This document shows, piece by piece, positions 13,101 to 24,611 of a stretch of 64,000 bases of DNA. The first letter of the stretch is position 1. Each line of letters opens with the position of its first letter. The translations under genes and the position numbers were made by a program. The notes under the pieces were generated by a model. That model did no database searches. It saw only the letters and a list, made by a program, of their open reading frames with translations, and had not been told where the DNA came from. The DNA lies in NCBI GenBank assembly GCA_030295235.1, contig AP026124.1:1302001-1366000 (forward strand). The letters run 5' to 3'. This DNA is from Fistulifera solaris (lineage: Eukaryota).

Positions 13101-14958
13101 AGAAAAGCCTCGTACGGCAGCAAATATAAAGCGTACGCCTTACGAGGAAGAGAATTACATCGCATCGGCGTGGTCACGACCAGCTTATCTACCCCTTTCC
13201 CGGGGTCCGCGCAGCCTCCGTGTCTCTGAGCCGATACCTCATCTAAGTGTGACCAACATTACGGACGAAATGACCTTTGGAAAGGCTGTAGAAGGGACAA
13301 TCAATAGGATAGTTCTGAAGTTGCAGGCTGGATCCGAGGAGGTTTGCTCAAACATCAAAGTATCAGTATCGTGCTTTAGCGTATTGGTTACTCCTAGTGG
13401 TTCAACGAAACGACTTGTGAACCAAGAAGACATTACCGCTGAAACAGAGAATTCTCTTGATATGACAAACCCCGCTTACAGAACCCCTGCACTTTTGGGT
13501 CGCACGAAAGAGACGTCAGTACTATCACTATTAGGGTACTGTACTCCACGCGGATGGGCTATGCTTGGCTCGGGACAGACGCAAGAGACTATCAACTTTT
13601 CGACGCTGAATGGAGGTGAGTGTTCGTATATTTCCTTCAACCTATTCCGACCCGCATCGGACATAGAGGTGGATTTGGAACCCACTGAGTCAATTTTGTT
13701 GGAAAAATTAGCGGACTGGAGTGTTTGTAAGACAGACTATTACGTCACAGTCTCTTATCAGCAGGAGCGTCCCTCGACAAAGAGAACACGCCCGGCAACG
13801 AGAGGACAAAGACGATCGCGTCGGCCTCCAACAATGACTGTACAGCCATATTCTCCGGATATTACTTCTCAGTCAACGAAAGTGGAACAGATTGACGGAG
13901 GAGAGCAAGATGCAAGTGATGAAGTGACACTGGAATTTATAGGGTCTGTTGTGTGGACAAATCCTTTAACCGCAACATTTTCCCGTGGATCTGGAAATAG
14001 CTGCCCCTCCGGTAGTAGACACCCATCGAATTCATTGGCCAGAGATCCACTGTACGCTGCTAAAGAATTCGTGTTGGTCGATGGGGAAAGTACAACTGCT
14101 GTGTGCCACCTTAAACTTGATTCGGCCATGGAAGGATTGGGTACCGATATTGTCTCCGTCTCGTTCAAGGTAAGTTAGAAACCATGGTGTATAGCTTTTC
14201 CTAGCCAATGTCTGATACACATATTTTCCACGAAGCCTGGTAACGAGCTTGAGGAGCAGACCGACTTGATATTGAAGTCAAAGGCTGTAGATGGTAGAGA
14301 TGGTCTTCTTTACAAGACTACTCCGGATGATCAGAGCCGACTTCTTTCGACAACTGACGCCGAATTTTCAATTTCATACGTAGTTGAGGCCCAAATGCGA
14401 CCTAATGTTTTGCGTGGATGTCTGTCTTCTCATTTGGGAGTAATAGAAGTCGAGTGGCTCCCGAAGGCGATCCCTTTGTCGCCTGATATTACCAAGGATC
14501 CTTCGGCTGTGGCAGCCGGCATCGATGCGCATGGCCCTCTCGCCTTGGATGCTCCATCCATTGTACGGTTCCGTGGTCCTCCGTTCTACATTGAAAGCGC
14601 TCCATTTATTGCTGAGATGGTCCAATGTTCCGAAGTGCCATATGCTACGAAACCTTTTGAAATCGCTTATAAGATTCTGAACAACACGGCTTTACACCAG
14701 CACTTGACTATCAAGTTACATGCGCTTCCAATTGTCGACGGCGGGAAAGCTTCTGATGATGATGGGATCCTTCTCGCCGGCACTGTGCAAGGCGATTTGA
14801 CGTTAAATCCTCATGAAATGAGGACGCTGTCGTACACTTTGTTGGCACTTCGCCCTGGACTCATCCAACTACCGGCCTTTGAGATTCTCTCGACAAGATA
14901 CAACACATACGTCGTTCAGGAGCACGGCAAAAGCAAGGAGATATTTGTGATGCCGTAA
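10165..14958 (+). CDS. TRAPPC11: Trafficking protein particle complex subunit 11 (foie gras/gryzun)
   Basis: GILPAGWLEKH...PSVI and IRYCFKIAIFYEF motifs; C-terminal Ig-like segment YTLLALRPGLIQLPAFEI. Introns 12014-12076 (63 nt, in frame) and ~14170-14236. Confidence 0.85.
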
Positions 14959-15382
14959 ACAATTGATCCTTTTCATCTTCAAAGCGGCTGGTGAGCCTCG
15001 AGGCGACGAAATGTTTGTTCAAAAGCTAAAAAGACGTTTCAGACACTCAAACCAATAAAATCATCCACCTCGACAGAATTTAAACTGTATACTTCGCCTC
15101 AAGCTTATCTAATGTGTATTTCTGCGAGCGTGGTACGATAAAGCATAAAAGCATTTTTCCGGGACTGCTGTATTGTTGATTCACGAAAAGTCAACGAATA
15201 CCCCCTACCACTACCATGTACACTTCACATGACAGTGTATATGCAACTAGATTGTCTGTCCGCTGTCCGCTGTCCGCCTTTGCAAACCTCGACCAACGAT
15301 CAAAAGGGGGAAAACCACACGCGCTTTTGTTCTTCACCTTCGTGGTGTCGTTAGTACAAAATAACAACAACAAGATTCAACA

Positions 15383-16987
15383 ATGGGCAAAACAAAGCCG
15401 TTTGTAGATAAAAAGAAGTCGTCAACGTATCACTTGCTTCACCGTTCACAACGCGATGTTGCCTCCGATATTCTATTGCAAGAAGGCGACTTGGCCGCGG
15501 CCGGAATGGTGCTGTGGCCCTCCGAAAACAACCTAGCAACAACAAACGAGGCTGTATTGTCCAGCGAGAGGGACTCGTCGATCATGTCCACATGGAGGAA
15601 GCGTCTTGAAGACGCGGGATTGTTGGAAGAAGATCCTGAGCGATTCTTGAAGCCAATCACCGGAACCGGGACATTTCTCAACACGGCCGGTCGCATCGGA
15701 GACGCCCGTGCACCAAACGACGCTCGAGCCTTGTTGAAAGAGGACGATACTATTCTCGAAGTTGAAAGACAGTTCAACTCGATCCCTTTGACCGCAGATT
15801 GCATGGACGAAGATATAGCACAGGCTCTCTTTGGAGATTTCGACGAGAATGAATTCGAAGAACTCAACGATGATTTTGTGTTGGACGCTGCACAGGAGCC
15901 AGAAGACGGTGAAACTCATGATGTGTTTGATTACGATGAGCACATTAATCGGCTCATGGCCAAGGCAAAACTTGAGAGAAGAGGTGATCCTGCGATCCCC
16001 GGCACTCACGCTTGGGGCAAACAAGATAATCAGTTCTTTTCAGGAATGAAGCCGCTTCACGAAAATGATGACGAGGACTCGTGGGATAACGAGTTCGGTA
16101 AGAATATGGGAGTTGCCCCATCTTTAAGTCCCGAGGAAGAAAAGGTGCTTTGTGAACAATTCGAAGCAACACTTCTCGAGTACGACTCGGATGACCTGGG
16201 TGACTGTCCTGACGAGGAAATTGGAGGAACACGACCGCTAGAAGGCGATGCGCAGTTTGAAGCAACTTTGGATGAATTTTTGAACGAAAAAGAAGATCAA
16301 GTTTTTATGATAGGGAAGCGCGAATATCTGGGCGGTATTAAAGAGAGGGGAGGAAGTGGATTCTCAGCTCTTTTGGGTGGAAGGATGGTCCACGCTAAGT
16401 ATTTAAATGACTTGAACCCAGCCGAAGATGACGAACCCCCAACGAATGTAAATCAGCTTCTGATGGAGGCCCAGGAAACTCTTAACCGACCACCACAACA
16501 GCCACCAGCCGAGGAGATTCTTATTGACGGGAAGTCATACTTTTCTGAGCGTGAGAGGAATCCTTGGGACTGCGAATCTGTTCTCTCAACATATTCGAAT
16601 CTGGCAAACAACCCGGTGACGATAGGGCCTAAAGTTCGACGGAAGAAGAAAAGCAATACAAGTGTTGCGTCCCTGCAGGAAGACGAACCAGTGCAACACA
16701 TTTTGTTAAGCCAAAAGACAGGGCTGCCACTTGGAGTACTACCCTCCCGACCTGTGATAGATAAGTTTGACGAAACGATCAACAGCGTCAATCGAGGAGA
16801 AGCTCGAAACAAGAAGGAATCGAATGAAGAAAAGAAGACCCGAAAGCAAGCGATAAAGCGGGAACGCCAGATGGCACGGATACAGAAGAAGGCCACTGCG
16901 GAGGTTTTCAAAGAAGAGTTCCAAAAACGAGCCGTAGACTATGGAGTTGACGATGTGGCAGGCAAAACTGTCTTTCGTTACAGTTAA
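15383..16987 (+). CDS. LTV1: 40S ribosome biogenesis factor LTV1
   Basis: KPFVDKKKSSTYHLLHRSQRD N-terminus, FEELNDDFV, WDCESVLSTYSNL.NNP, and the R.K.ES.EEKK.RK.AIK.ER C-terminal motif. Confidence 0.95.
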   Translation: MGKTKPFVDKKKSSTYHLLHRSQRDVASDILLQEGDLAAAGMVLWPSENNLATTNEAVLSSERDSSIMSTWRKRLEDAGLLEEDPERFLKPITGTGTFLNTAGRIGDARAPNDARALLKEDDTILEVERQFNSIPLTADCMDEDIAQALFGDFDENEFEELNDDFVLDAAQEPEDGETHDVFDYDEHINRLMAKAKLERRGDPAIPGTHAWGKQDNQFFSGMKPLHENDDEDSWDNEFGKNMGVAPSLSPEEEKVLCEQFEATLLEYDSDDLGDCPDEEIGGTRPLEGDAQFEATLDEFLNEKEDQVFMIGKREYLGGIKERGGSGFSALLGGRMVHAKYLNDLNPAEDDEPPTNVNQLLMEAQETLNRPPQQPPAEEILIDGKSYFSERERNPWDCESVLSTYSNLANNPVTIGPKVRRKKKSNTSVASLQEDEPVQHILLSQKTGLPLGVLPSRPVIDKFDETINSVNRGEARNKKESNEEKKTRKQAIKRERQMARIQKKATAEVFKEEFQKRAVDYGVDDVAGKTVFRYS

Positions 16988-17065
16988 GTAGTTGATTTAA
17001 TCTATAGTTGCGCTGTGATCGCCTAAAACTGAATATGAACGGGATTGCTGCAGGCTTTTACACAT

Positions 17066-19744
17066 TCACACTGCTGAAAGAAAGTACACCGAAAGCTGTG
17101 AAAGAAGGTTAAGGATGGAGAAAATTGCCGAAAAGAGGAAGTGGGGTGCGTAGATGTCCCATACCATCAGATGTCGACGTAGCACAGATACGGATATGCA
17201 TGAACAAAGGGCTTCCACCACCTGGAAAATTAAGATAAATCGCCATATCGCTTGGCGACCGCGATGCTTGTTAAGCAGCCAAGTAAACACAAGGCCGGCT
17301 ATTTCCCACCCAAACGTATTCAAAAATAAAGAAGTGCCGGCAAAGATGTAGTTGAACTCTTTTGTCGCAACAAACGCAGCAGAGAGCTGAAGTCGGTTAA
17401 AAGCGCACCCATGATTCGTCGAAAAGAAGGTATGTCTAGTGATGAGCTTGACAAGGACTGCAAGGACAAAAGAATTGACCTCGAAAGCCCCACTGGCCAG
17501 CGACAAAGCATAGACAATCGAGCATTGAACAGAGTACAGAATAAGCGAGGCCGCAGCCGACGGACCCGTTACAAGCATGACGAGAATCAAGAACTTGAAC
17601 AGGGCAGTCAAGCCGTCAGTCTGAACTTCGTCCTCCGTGAACTTGTCTTTCATTAGCGCATTAATGGCCACGAGAAAAAGAGATGGGATCAAAAGTAAAA
17701 AGGCAAGCCGGCAAGGCAAGAAGCCATTCACATCAGAATCTGAAAGTCGCTTTTCGCACCAACTCCATGCTGTGAGTAACAAAGCCAGACAGTCTATGGC
17801 TGCGTGTACAGACGATCCAGTGAATTGCTTATGAAACAGAAACCTTCGGAAAAACAATAGCCCGGAAAGACTTGTAAGAAATACAAAAGGGTGGTGTGAA
17901 ATATGAAGTGGAATTGATGCGTCCATTCCATGCCCAGTCACTAACGACGAATGACAGCGCACACTAAGAGGAATGAAAAGTACGGCTTGCCAGGGAACTG
18001 TTGCGACGCGATCACTCCAGAGGCGGAAAGCGATCATTGAGCAAAGCACCGAAATAGAAAAGCCAAGAGATTGTTGTTCTTCCAAGATATAGCTGTTACT
18101 GAAGGTCAGCAACCCACACTGGTAGACTATCAAAACCATTGCAGCTATTATTTCCCAATACTGAGATGCAGGGGTCTTGACAGATGCTCTTAACCTGCCC
18201 TTCTTACTACATAAGAGCGGCACGCAAAAAGCAACAAGTGTGACAGACAGCAGAAGAATACCAGTTGTCATGCCAAAAGTATCGAACCGAGTCCACACAC
18301 GTTGGCCGAGATCCAAACAATCCTTTAGAAATACTTTGAAGTGACTGGAGGCACGAAGAAACGCCTCAACACTTATGCCGGCCTCTTTGTCCTCTCGTAG
18401 AGCGTCCTTGTAAAGATCGACAGCAGTTTCCAATTTGAGGGCGAGATCATCTAGACCAGGAAGCCGGTTCGCCGTCGCAGAGTATACATTGAAATAACGC
18501 CAAATTTGAGCCGAATTCAAGGCTAATGCGGCAGTTGTTTTGCGTACGTCTTCACCAGGCACAAGTGCAGGGACGAAGCTTCCCAAATTGGCATAGGGAA
18601 TTGGAAGTCCCAAAGTCATTGAAATCGTCGACACCAAGTCTATTTGATGGATGGAAGAAAACTGTGCTTCTTTTACAAGTTCTGATACAGACAAGGTTTC
18701 TTCCAGCTGATCCCACTTGACACTGTCTGCACATACAGGAGATGAATGTACAAAGAGAGCTGCATGGGTCTCTTCCGCTGTCCCTCCTCCATGATTCCCA
18801 TCTTCTGTCATCCCATGATCACCAAAGATAAAAGTCGTGTGGCACGAGTTGGACTCATCAAGTCTATCCAGGATCTTCGACAGAGCGTCATCCATCTCTT
18901 TGAGTTTAGCGTCCATGTGCTGATTGTGCGGACCGAAAGTATGCCCGACATGATCCACGCCCAAGAAGTGAACCACAATAACCTCAAGGTCTTCCGTCAC
19001 CGAAGCCCTTGTCCGTAACCTGGATAACATATCAGGAATGTGTTTCAAGCATCCATTGTCTACAGTGTCAAGATCGCGTGTATTGAACGAAGGATACGGA
19101 TAGCTCTCGGCAAAGAAACCAGGAAAAAGGTCTTCCCACGTATCATCTCCAACGAAACCCATTCGTGCTCGATGAGCCGAAAGTCCTCTATTTCTTCCGT
19201 CAATCGTAACTACTTGATGCATCCACGAGTCTTCTTCGACTGTCGCCCCTCCCATATTCGCAGATATATCTGCGAATGTGGGTAATCCTCCGGTAGTGAG
19301 TGCTTTCAACCGTTGCATGGTAACAGTAGGGGGGTCGGCCACAAACTGAAATAACCGAGCCTTCGCTTGTGTTCTGTTAGAGCCCTCTCTAAATTGTAAT
19401 TCGGGCTTTAGACGTCGTCCGACAGATTTCGGCAAATTGTAGTAAGCAAAATCGAAGCGTAATGCATCGACAACCAAAACAACCAACGAATCTATTTTTC
19501 GATCCATCCAACAGCCATTTCTTTGCTGTAAGGTCGATGATAGTATTCGAGATGATTCAAGACCCCTCACTTCTTCTAAAGTCAAACCGAGAACTTCGGT
19601 CAGTAGAGTCGCTGCTTCGTCACACGACGATCGCTCCGCCAGACTGCGTTTTGCCAGAAAAAATGAGGCGGTGAACCAGTACAGTCCAAACAAACACAAG
19701 CATATCCAACATAAGTCGTAGTATCGACGCTTTCGATCCCCCAT
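17066..19744 (-). CDS. PIGO: GPI ethanolamine phosphate transferase 3 (PIG-O/Gpi13)
   Basis: VVDALRFDF, ADPPTVTMQRLKALTTG.LPTF, SFN.RDLDTVDNG, HFLGVDHVGH, GDHGM...GNHGG, multiple TMs, RRHLMVW.IYAP. Confidence 0.93.
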   Translation of the reverse strand: MGDRKRRYYDLCWICLCLFGLYWFTASFFLAKRSLAERSSCDEAATLLTEVLGLTLEEVRGLESSRILSSTLQQRNGCWMDRKIDSLVVLVVDALRFDFAYYNLPKSVGRRLKPELQFREGSNRTQAKARLFQFVADPPTVTMQRLKALTTGGLPTFADISANMGGATVEEDSWMHQVVTIDGRNRGLSAHRARMGFVGDDTWEDLFPGFFAESYPYPSFNTRDLDTVDNGCLKHIPDMLSRLRTRASVTEDLEVIVVHFLGVDHVGHTFGPHNQHMDAKLKEMDDALSKILDRLDESNSCHTTFIFGDHGMTEDGNHGGGTAEETHAALFVHSSPVCADSVKWDQLEETLSVSELVKEAQFSSIHQIDLVSTISMTLGLPIPYANLGSFVPALVPGEDVRKTTAALALNSAQIWRYFNVYSATANRLPGLDDLALKLETAVDLYKDALREDKEAGISVEAFLRASSHFKVFLKDCLDLGQRVWTRFDTFGMTTGILLLSVTLVAFCVPLLCSKKGRLRASVKTPASQYWEIIAAMVLIVYQCGLLTFSNSYILEEQQSLGFSISVLCSMIAFRLWSDRVATVPWQAVLFIPLSVRCHSSLVTGHGMDASIPLHISHHPFVFLTSLSGLLFFRRFLFHKQFTGSSVHAAIDCLALLLTAWSWCEKRLSDSDVNGFLPCRLAFLLLIPSLFLVAINALMKDKFTEDEVQTDGLTALFKFLILVMLVTGPSAAASLILYSVQCSIVYALSLASGAFEVNSFVLAVLVKLITRHTFFSTNHGCAFNRLQLSAAFVATKEFNYIFAGTSLFLNTFGWEIAGLVFTWLLNKHRGRQAIWRFILIFQVVEALCSCISVSVLRRHLMVWDIYAPHFLFSAIFSILNLLSQLSVYFLSAV

Positions 19745-20200
19745 AGCCAGCGACGCTTTAGAGTGACTTTAAAAAACTCAAGTCTATTATAGTAGGATGT
19801 CGACGCCTTTTGTTGGGTTGTTGATGAAGATGAAGATCCATTCCAACCCTTCACAGCTCCATAGCACCGACAAGAAGAATGCCATCATGGCTGGAGGCTG
19901 GAAAAGTACATTTTTACCGACTCTGAACAAGCAGTATAGCGTTAATAATAGTCGTGTTGAAGGCAGAAGGCATCCCGAATCCCGACGAAACTTATATTTT
20001 TCAGTCCCGAACTATTTCCTACCCGCTTTGTTCAACTGAACTATGACGTCTGTAGCCTGCTTTCGAGCGCAAAATGTTACCAATAGCCAATCTTCAAGCA
20101 TGTCCGTAATCAGTTGATGATGATGATGGAACAATTTGGGTGAGTTGCTCTCGGAAAAGTACGTAGAATATCATAGTTGACAATAGCTTTAAGAGGAGGA

Positions 20201-20238
20201 TACCAGTACCGGTACCTGGTACCAGGTACCGTACCGGT
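20201..20238. repeat. GGTACC/GTACC-rich palindromic microsatellite
   Basis: taccagtacc-ggtacct-ggtacca-ggtaccg-taccggt, immediately before the 32-nt repeat array. Confidence 0.8.
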
Positions 20239-20455
20239 CAAGCAGCGGCTCATCGCGATGAAATGTGTTTCACGAAGGTTAAGGGTCAAGCTTAACAACG
20301 GCGCGATGCGCGATGAAATGGTTTCACGAGGGTTAAGGGTCAAGCTTAACAACGGCCCAAGGAAATGTGTTTCACGAAGGTTAAGGTTCAAGCAGCGCCT
20401 CATCGCGATGAAATGTGTTTCACGAAGGTTAAGGGTCAAGCTGCACAACGGCGCG
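20239..20455. repeat. Degenerate tandem array: four copies of a ~32-nt core GAAATGTGTTTCACGAAGGTTAAGGGTCAAGC with 16-23 nt related linkers
   Basis: Cores start at ~20260, 20315, 20362 and 20410. Linkers are of two related types (agcg[g/c]ctcatcgcgat and ttaacaacggc...). Confidence 0.9.
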
Positions 20456-20606
20456 TTTTACGGAGTATTTGCTTCCTCTCCACGTACGATGAACAGACTT
20501 AAATGCTACACCAACCAACACTGGAAAAAACAAGAAAACGACGATGGATTGCAGAACAGTAACCTTCCTGATGAGCAGCTCCATTAAAGAAAAGAATAAC
20601 ATCATC

Positions 20607-23154
20607 ATGGAGTCTCTTTTACCAAGCCTTTCTTCAGACGATGAAGATCCAAATATCGCTGAAGCGGAAAGCAGTGACGATGAGGTCGACGGCTCCTTCT
20701 CCTTTGGGGGAGTACTTGTAAGTTTTATTAAGTGAACGAATCGATATGCGTGGGAAAACATCCTCATCTCGTGCTTTTCTTTCAATAGGGTGAAGATGGA
20801 GGGATAGTGGATTCAAATGAGTTCACTTTGAACGGTTGGTCCTACCAAACTGCTTTGAATGGTATGAAACACAACGATAAATCGTCTATTGCCAACCTCG
20901 TCCCGAGACTTGACGTGAATGCATTGATTGCAGCAAAGCGAAAGTCCATTCCAAAAAAAGGTTCAGCCGGAGAAAGGAAAGAAAGAAGAAGAAGAAAATG
21001 ACTCAGATGAAACCGATAGCAATGATAGCAACAGTGAAAGCGGAAGCAGCAGCGAAGGTGACAGCGATGACGATAGCGAAGAGGTAGAGGTTGATGACGT
21101 GCAACTGGAAGACGACGTGTTGAAAACAAGGGCTGGCAAAGATAAAGAGAAAGTAGTCGATAATCAAGACGATGAGTCTGAGGGAAGTAGCGAAGGGGAA
21201 GACGAAGAAGAGAAAGCAAAAGCAGCTTCGTTTTTCGACAATGAACATTCATCAGGCAACGCCGTTGCAGTATTCAATCAACTCAGTCTTTCACGTCCAC
21301 TTCTTCGCGGAGTGGCAGCCATGGGCTTTGTTGAGCCCACACCGATTCAGGCAGCAGTTATTCCCGTTGCTCTTTCTGGAAAGGATATTTGTGCTTCAGC
21401 AGTCACTGGTTCCGGAAAGACCGCTGCATTTCTTTGCCGTTACTCGAAAGACTTCTTCACCGGCACCCGGGCCGCATCCAGGCTATCATTCTGACCCCGA
21501 CGCGTGAACTGGCGGCACAATGCATAGGAATGCTTTCTACTTTAGCACAATTCACCAAGTTGCGTGCGGCTTTGATTGTAGGAGGCGCAAAGAATCTCAA
21601 CGCGCAGGCCGCTGAATTGCGCGCGAGACCGGAAATTGTGGTGGCTACACCTGGTCGTCTCTTGGATCATATCACAAACACAGCAGGAGTTGCGGTAGAC
21701 GAGGTGGCGTTTCTAGTGTTGGACGAAGCTGATCGCTTGCTTGATCTTGGTTTTCAAGATGAAGTTCATGAGTTAGTGAAAGCTTGTCCCATCTCTAGGC
21801 AAACTCTGCTTTTTTCGGCCACAATGAATACACGTGTCGATGAGCTAGTGAAACTTTCAATGAAACGGCCCGTGAGAGTGCGAGTGTCCGACAAGAAAAG
21901 CAATAAGGATATTGAAGTTGCTCCTCGTTTGGAGCAAGAGTTTGTTCGAATTAGGTCCGGCAACGAAGGTATCAATCGCGAGGCATTGTTACTTGCGTTA
22001 TTGAAGCGGACATTCAAAAAACAAGTAATTGTATTTTTTGATACGAAAGCAGTAGCGCATCGAATGATGATTCTCTGTGGTCTGTGCGGTTTAAAGAGTG
22101 CCGAATTGCACGGTAATCTTACACAGCAACAGCGATTAACGGCGCTAGATAACTTCACGACAGGGGGAGGTAGATATTTTGCTAGCTACAGATCTTGCTG
22201 CACGCGGTCTAGATATCGAAAGAGTTGAAACTGTTATCAATTTCGAAATGCCAGCACAGATAGAAACCTACATTCATCGAATTGGCCGCACTGCTCGAGC
22301 TGGACGTGGTGGTAGGAGCTGTACTTTAATTGGCGAGGGCCGTCGACATCTCATGAAAGAGCTCATTAAGGATGCAGCTAGCAAGGCATCAACTGCCCGT
22401 TCCGGAAAAAGCACTTCTTCTTGCTTCGAATCGGGAGTGATTCGATCCAGATCCGTTCCATCAGCCGTGATCGCACACTTTGTGGGAATTATCGAGTCTA
22501 TGGAAGACCACATAGAAGAAATTATGCAGGCGGAAGAAGTAGCAAGAATGGACAGAATCGCCGAGATGGAGGTGATTAAGGCACAAAACTTGATTGAGCA
22601 CGGAGACGAGATAAAGAACAGACCACAGCGGGAATGGTTTGCAACTAGTCGAGAAAAACAGAAGAGGTCTAAGGAAGCACAAGCCGAGCTACAAAAGCTC
22701 ATAGCCGATAAAGCTGGAACAGGAATGCATCGCATGACCAGGAAAAAGCGACGTGCTAGAGAAGCATTGGAAGGCCTATCAGCTGGAGGAGACGAGGAGG
22801 GAGGAGAAAAAACCTGACAAGAGTGTAGACATTAAGCTGAAAGCCAGAAAGAAGAAGCGAGAAGAGGAAGAATTAAGGCTGAAGAAGCACGAAAAAGATA
22901 GCTTACACGATCGCGATATCGAAAAACAAAAGAAAATGAAGAAGCGTAAGATCACTGGGGCCGATGCATCAGGCGACGGTAGCTTGTTTGCCGAGGAAAA
23001 GATCTCTCATGCTCCTCGCAAATCTGAAAGCGAGAGAGGAGCCACTGTTTTTAGAAGTGCCTACAATTTTCGCGGTTACGACCCCGAGCGGAAGCTTGGA
23101 AAGAGAAAGGGTAGCCAGAAGTTCAAGTCTAAAAGCAAGTACAAGAGACGTTAG
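20607..23154 (+). CDS. DRS1: DEAD-box RNA helicase DRS1/DDX27 (60S biogenesis)
   Basis: [65 protein letters not shown], and C-terminal [10 protein letters not shown]. Intron ~20718-20788. Frameshifts near 20953, 21433, 22163 and 22808. Confidence 0.93.
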
Positions 23155-23430
23155 AGATTGCTTATGTTTTGGCTGTATTACAAAAACTCCTACGCAGTAA
23201 CCTTAAATTTGTCTTTTAGACGTCTAATGATTTGCAACCATCAAGTCATACAAACAGTAAGCTTCAGCTAAGCGAAGTGATGTTCAATATTGTTTATATT
23301 ATTACTTCTCCTAGTTATTGTGAGGAGATGTTTAGCATGTTTGTAGCAATTTTTACAGTTGTAGATGATTCAGTGTTTCATTTTTGGTGATGGTAATGTG
23401 CAGTGCGTGTCATGATGATTGAAAAAACCA

Positions 23431-24611
23431 CTATTCAAAGTAACACTCTTCGGACGAATCATGCCAAATACAACTGAGCGTTGGAGAATCCATGATTGAG
23501 AGATCATCTTCATACTCTTGTGTAACTTCCATGCATCGTGCGGCAAAACTCTTCAAGATGTCGACGTCGTCGTTCAACGAAGGGGTTCATCAAAGCTCCT
23601 CGAACGAAGCGGGCCAATACCGCTTTCTCGGAGCATCTTGAGGATGAGTTCGGGAGAAGGTCTTCCGAAGAAAATTTGTTGCTCGATTGGCAACCAGGCG
23701 AAGCTAAAGTATTCTTGTCCAATGATAATGAGCTGGCCGTCCATCATCTGACTATTTTTGAACCCTTCTTCAGCAACTTGTCCCAGTCCACTGTATCTTG
23801 GGAGCTGACTTGTTCCCCACCGGCGAGCAGCTTTGTCTGTGAGTTTGATGGGATCTAGCTTTGCCTGTTCGCCTGAAAAATCAAAGCCTTTACCGCTCTT
23901 GTGTTGAGTTCCTCCAGCGGGCGTTTTGAAGATCTTCAATGGATCGAGGTCAACTTTGAAGGTAAGTTCGCCTCGGGGAACGTTGCGGTCACCCGTGATC
24001 TTCTCTGCAATCAAGGTATCATCCACGTAGGTCACATTGATCAATTCATATCCATGTGCTCCGTACTTTCCGACCCAAAGACCTTCTAAATTGAATTGAG
24101 GTAGGCAACTGCGGGCTACTGTCGCCCGCTCCTGATGCAAAGCAGCATCCTCCATTCTGTTTTCCGCCAGAGCATCGCGACATGCTACTTTCTCCAACAT
24201 GTATACCAGCTCCGGATCCTTTTGTTCGACCTCGCGTAGCTTACTGCGTGTCTTTCGTTCTTCGCTCTCTTTGCCTTGAGTCATCGCGTCGACCAAGTAA
24301 GACGACAACCGTTCCATCTCGGATCGCAAATCCCAAAGTTCGTCACCAAATGTTACAAATTGAGATCTCTTTTCGTTATCAATTTCCATCCTTCGACGGC
24401 GGATTTCATTTTGTGGCAATGGTTCTAGCTCGGAGAATTCCTTGTGGCGACGTGGATATTCATCCGGTCCTCTGGCGACTTCGGAAGCGAGAGGAGCGAG
24501 TCTCGATTGGCTGCTTACCGAACGTAAAGCAAAGGGAAGGTTCGAAAAGGCGGATGCAACAGCAAAATAGGATATGACAACCGAAACCAGGATATTTCTT
24601 GAGAAAGCCAT
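23431..24611 (-). CDS. Plastid-targeted DUF3506/cyclin-D1-binding (EXECUTER C-terminal-like) domain protein, paralog A
   Basis: Signal peptide plus ASAF (MAFSRNILVSVVISYFAVASAF). LEGLWVGKYGAHGYELI, KITGDRNVPRGELTF, GLGQVAEEGF. A frameshift near 23582 (GGGG) restores the C-terminus ...FAARCMEVTQEYEDD...EECYFE*, which matches paralog B. Confidence 0.8.

Noticed and set aside
15439..16911. Long antisense ORFs over LTV1 (and over DRS1, HCF136 and others)
   Set aside because: Shadow ORFs arising from the codon bias of the sense gene.
20239..20455. CRISPR array
   Set aside because: The linkers are short (16-23 nt), unequal and derived from one another, there are no cas genes, and the context is eukaryotic nuclear DNA.
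20110..20587. ORFs 20110..20448 (-) and 20177..20587 (+) with repeated peptides
   Set aside because: These are translations of the DNA repeat array on both strands, with no independent coding evidence.
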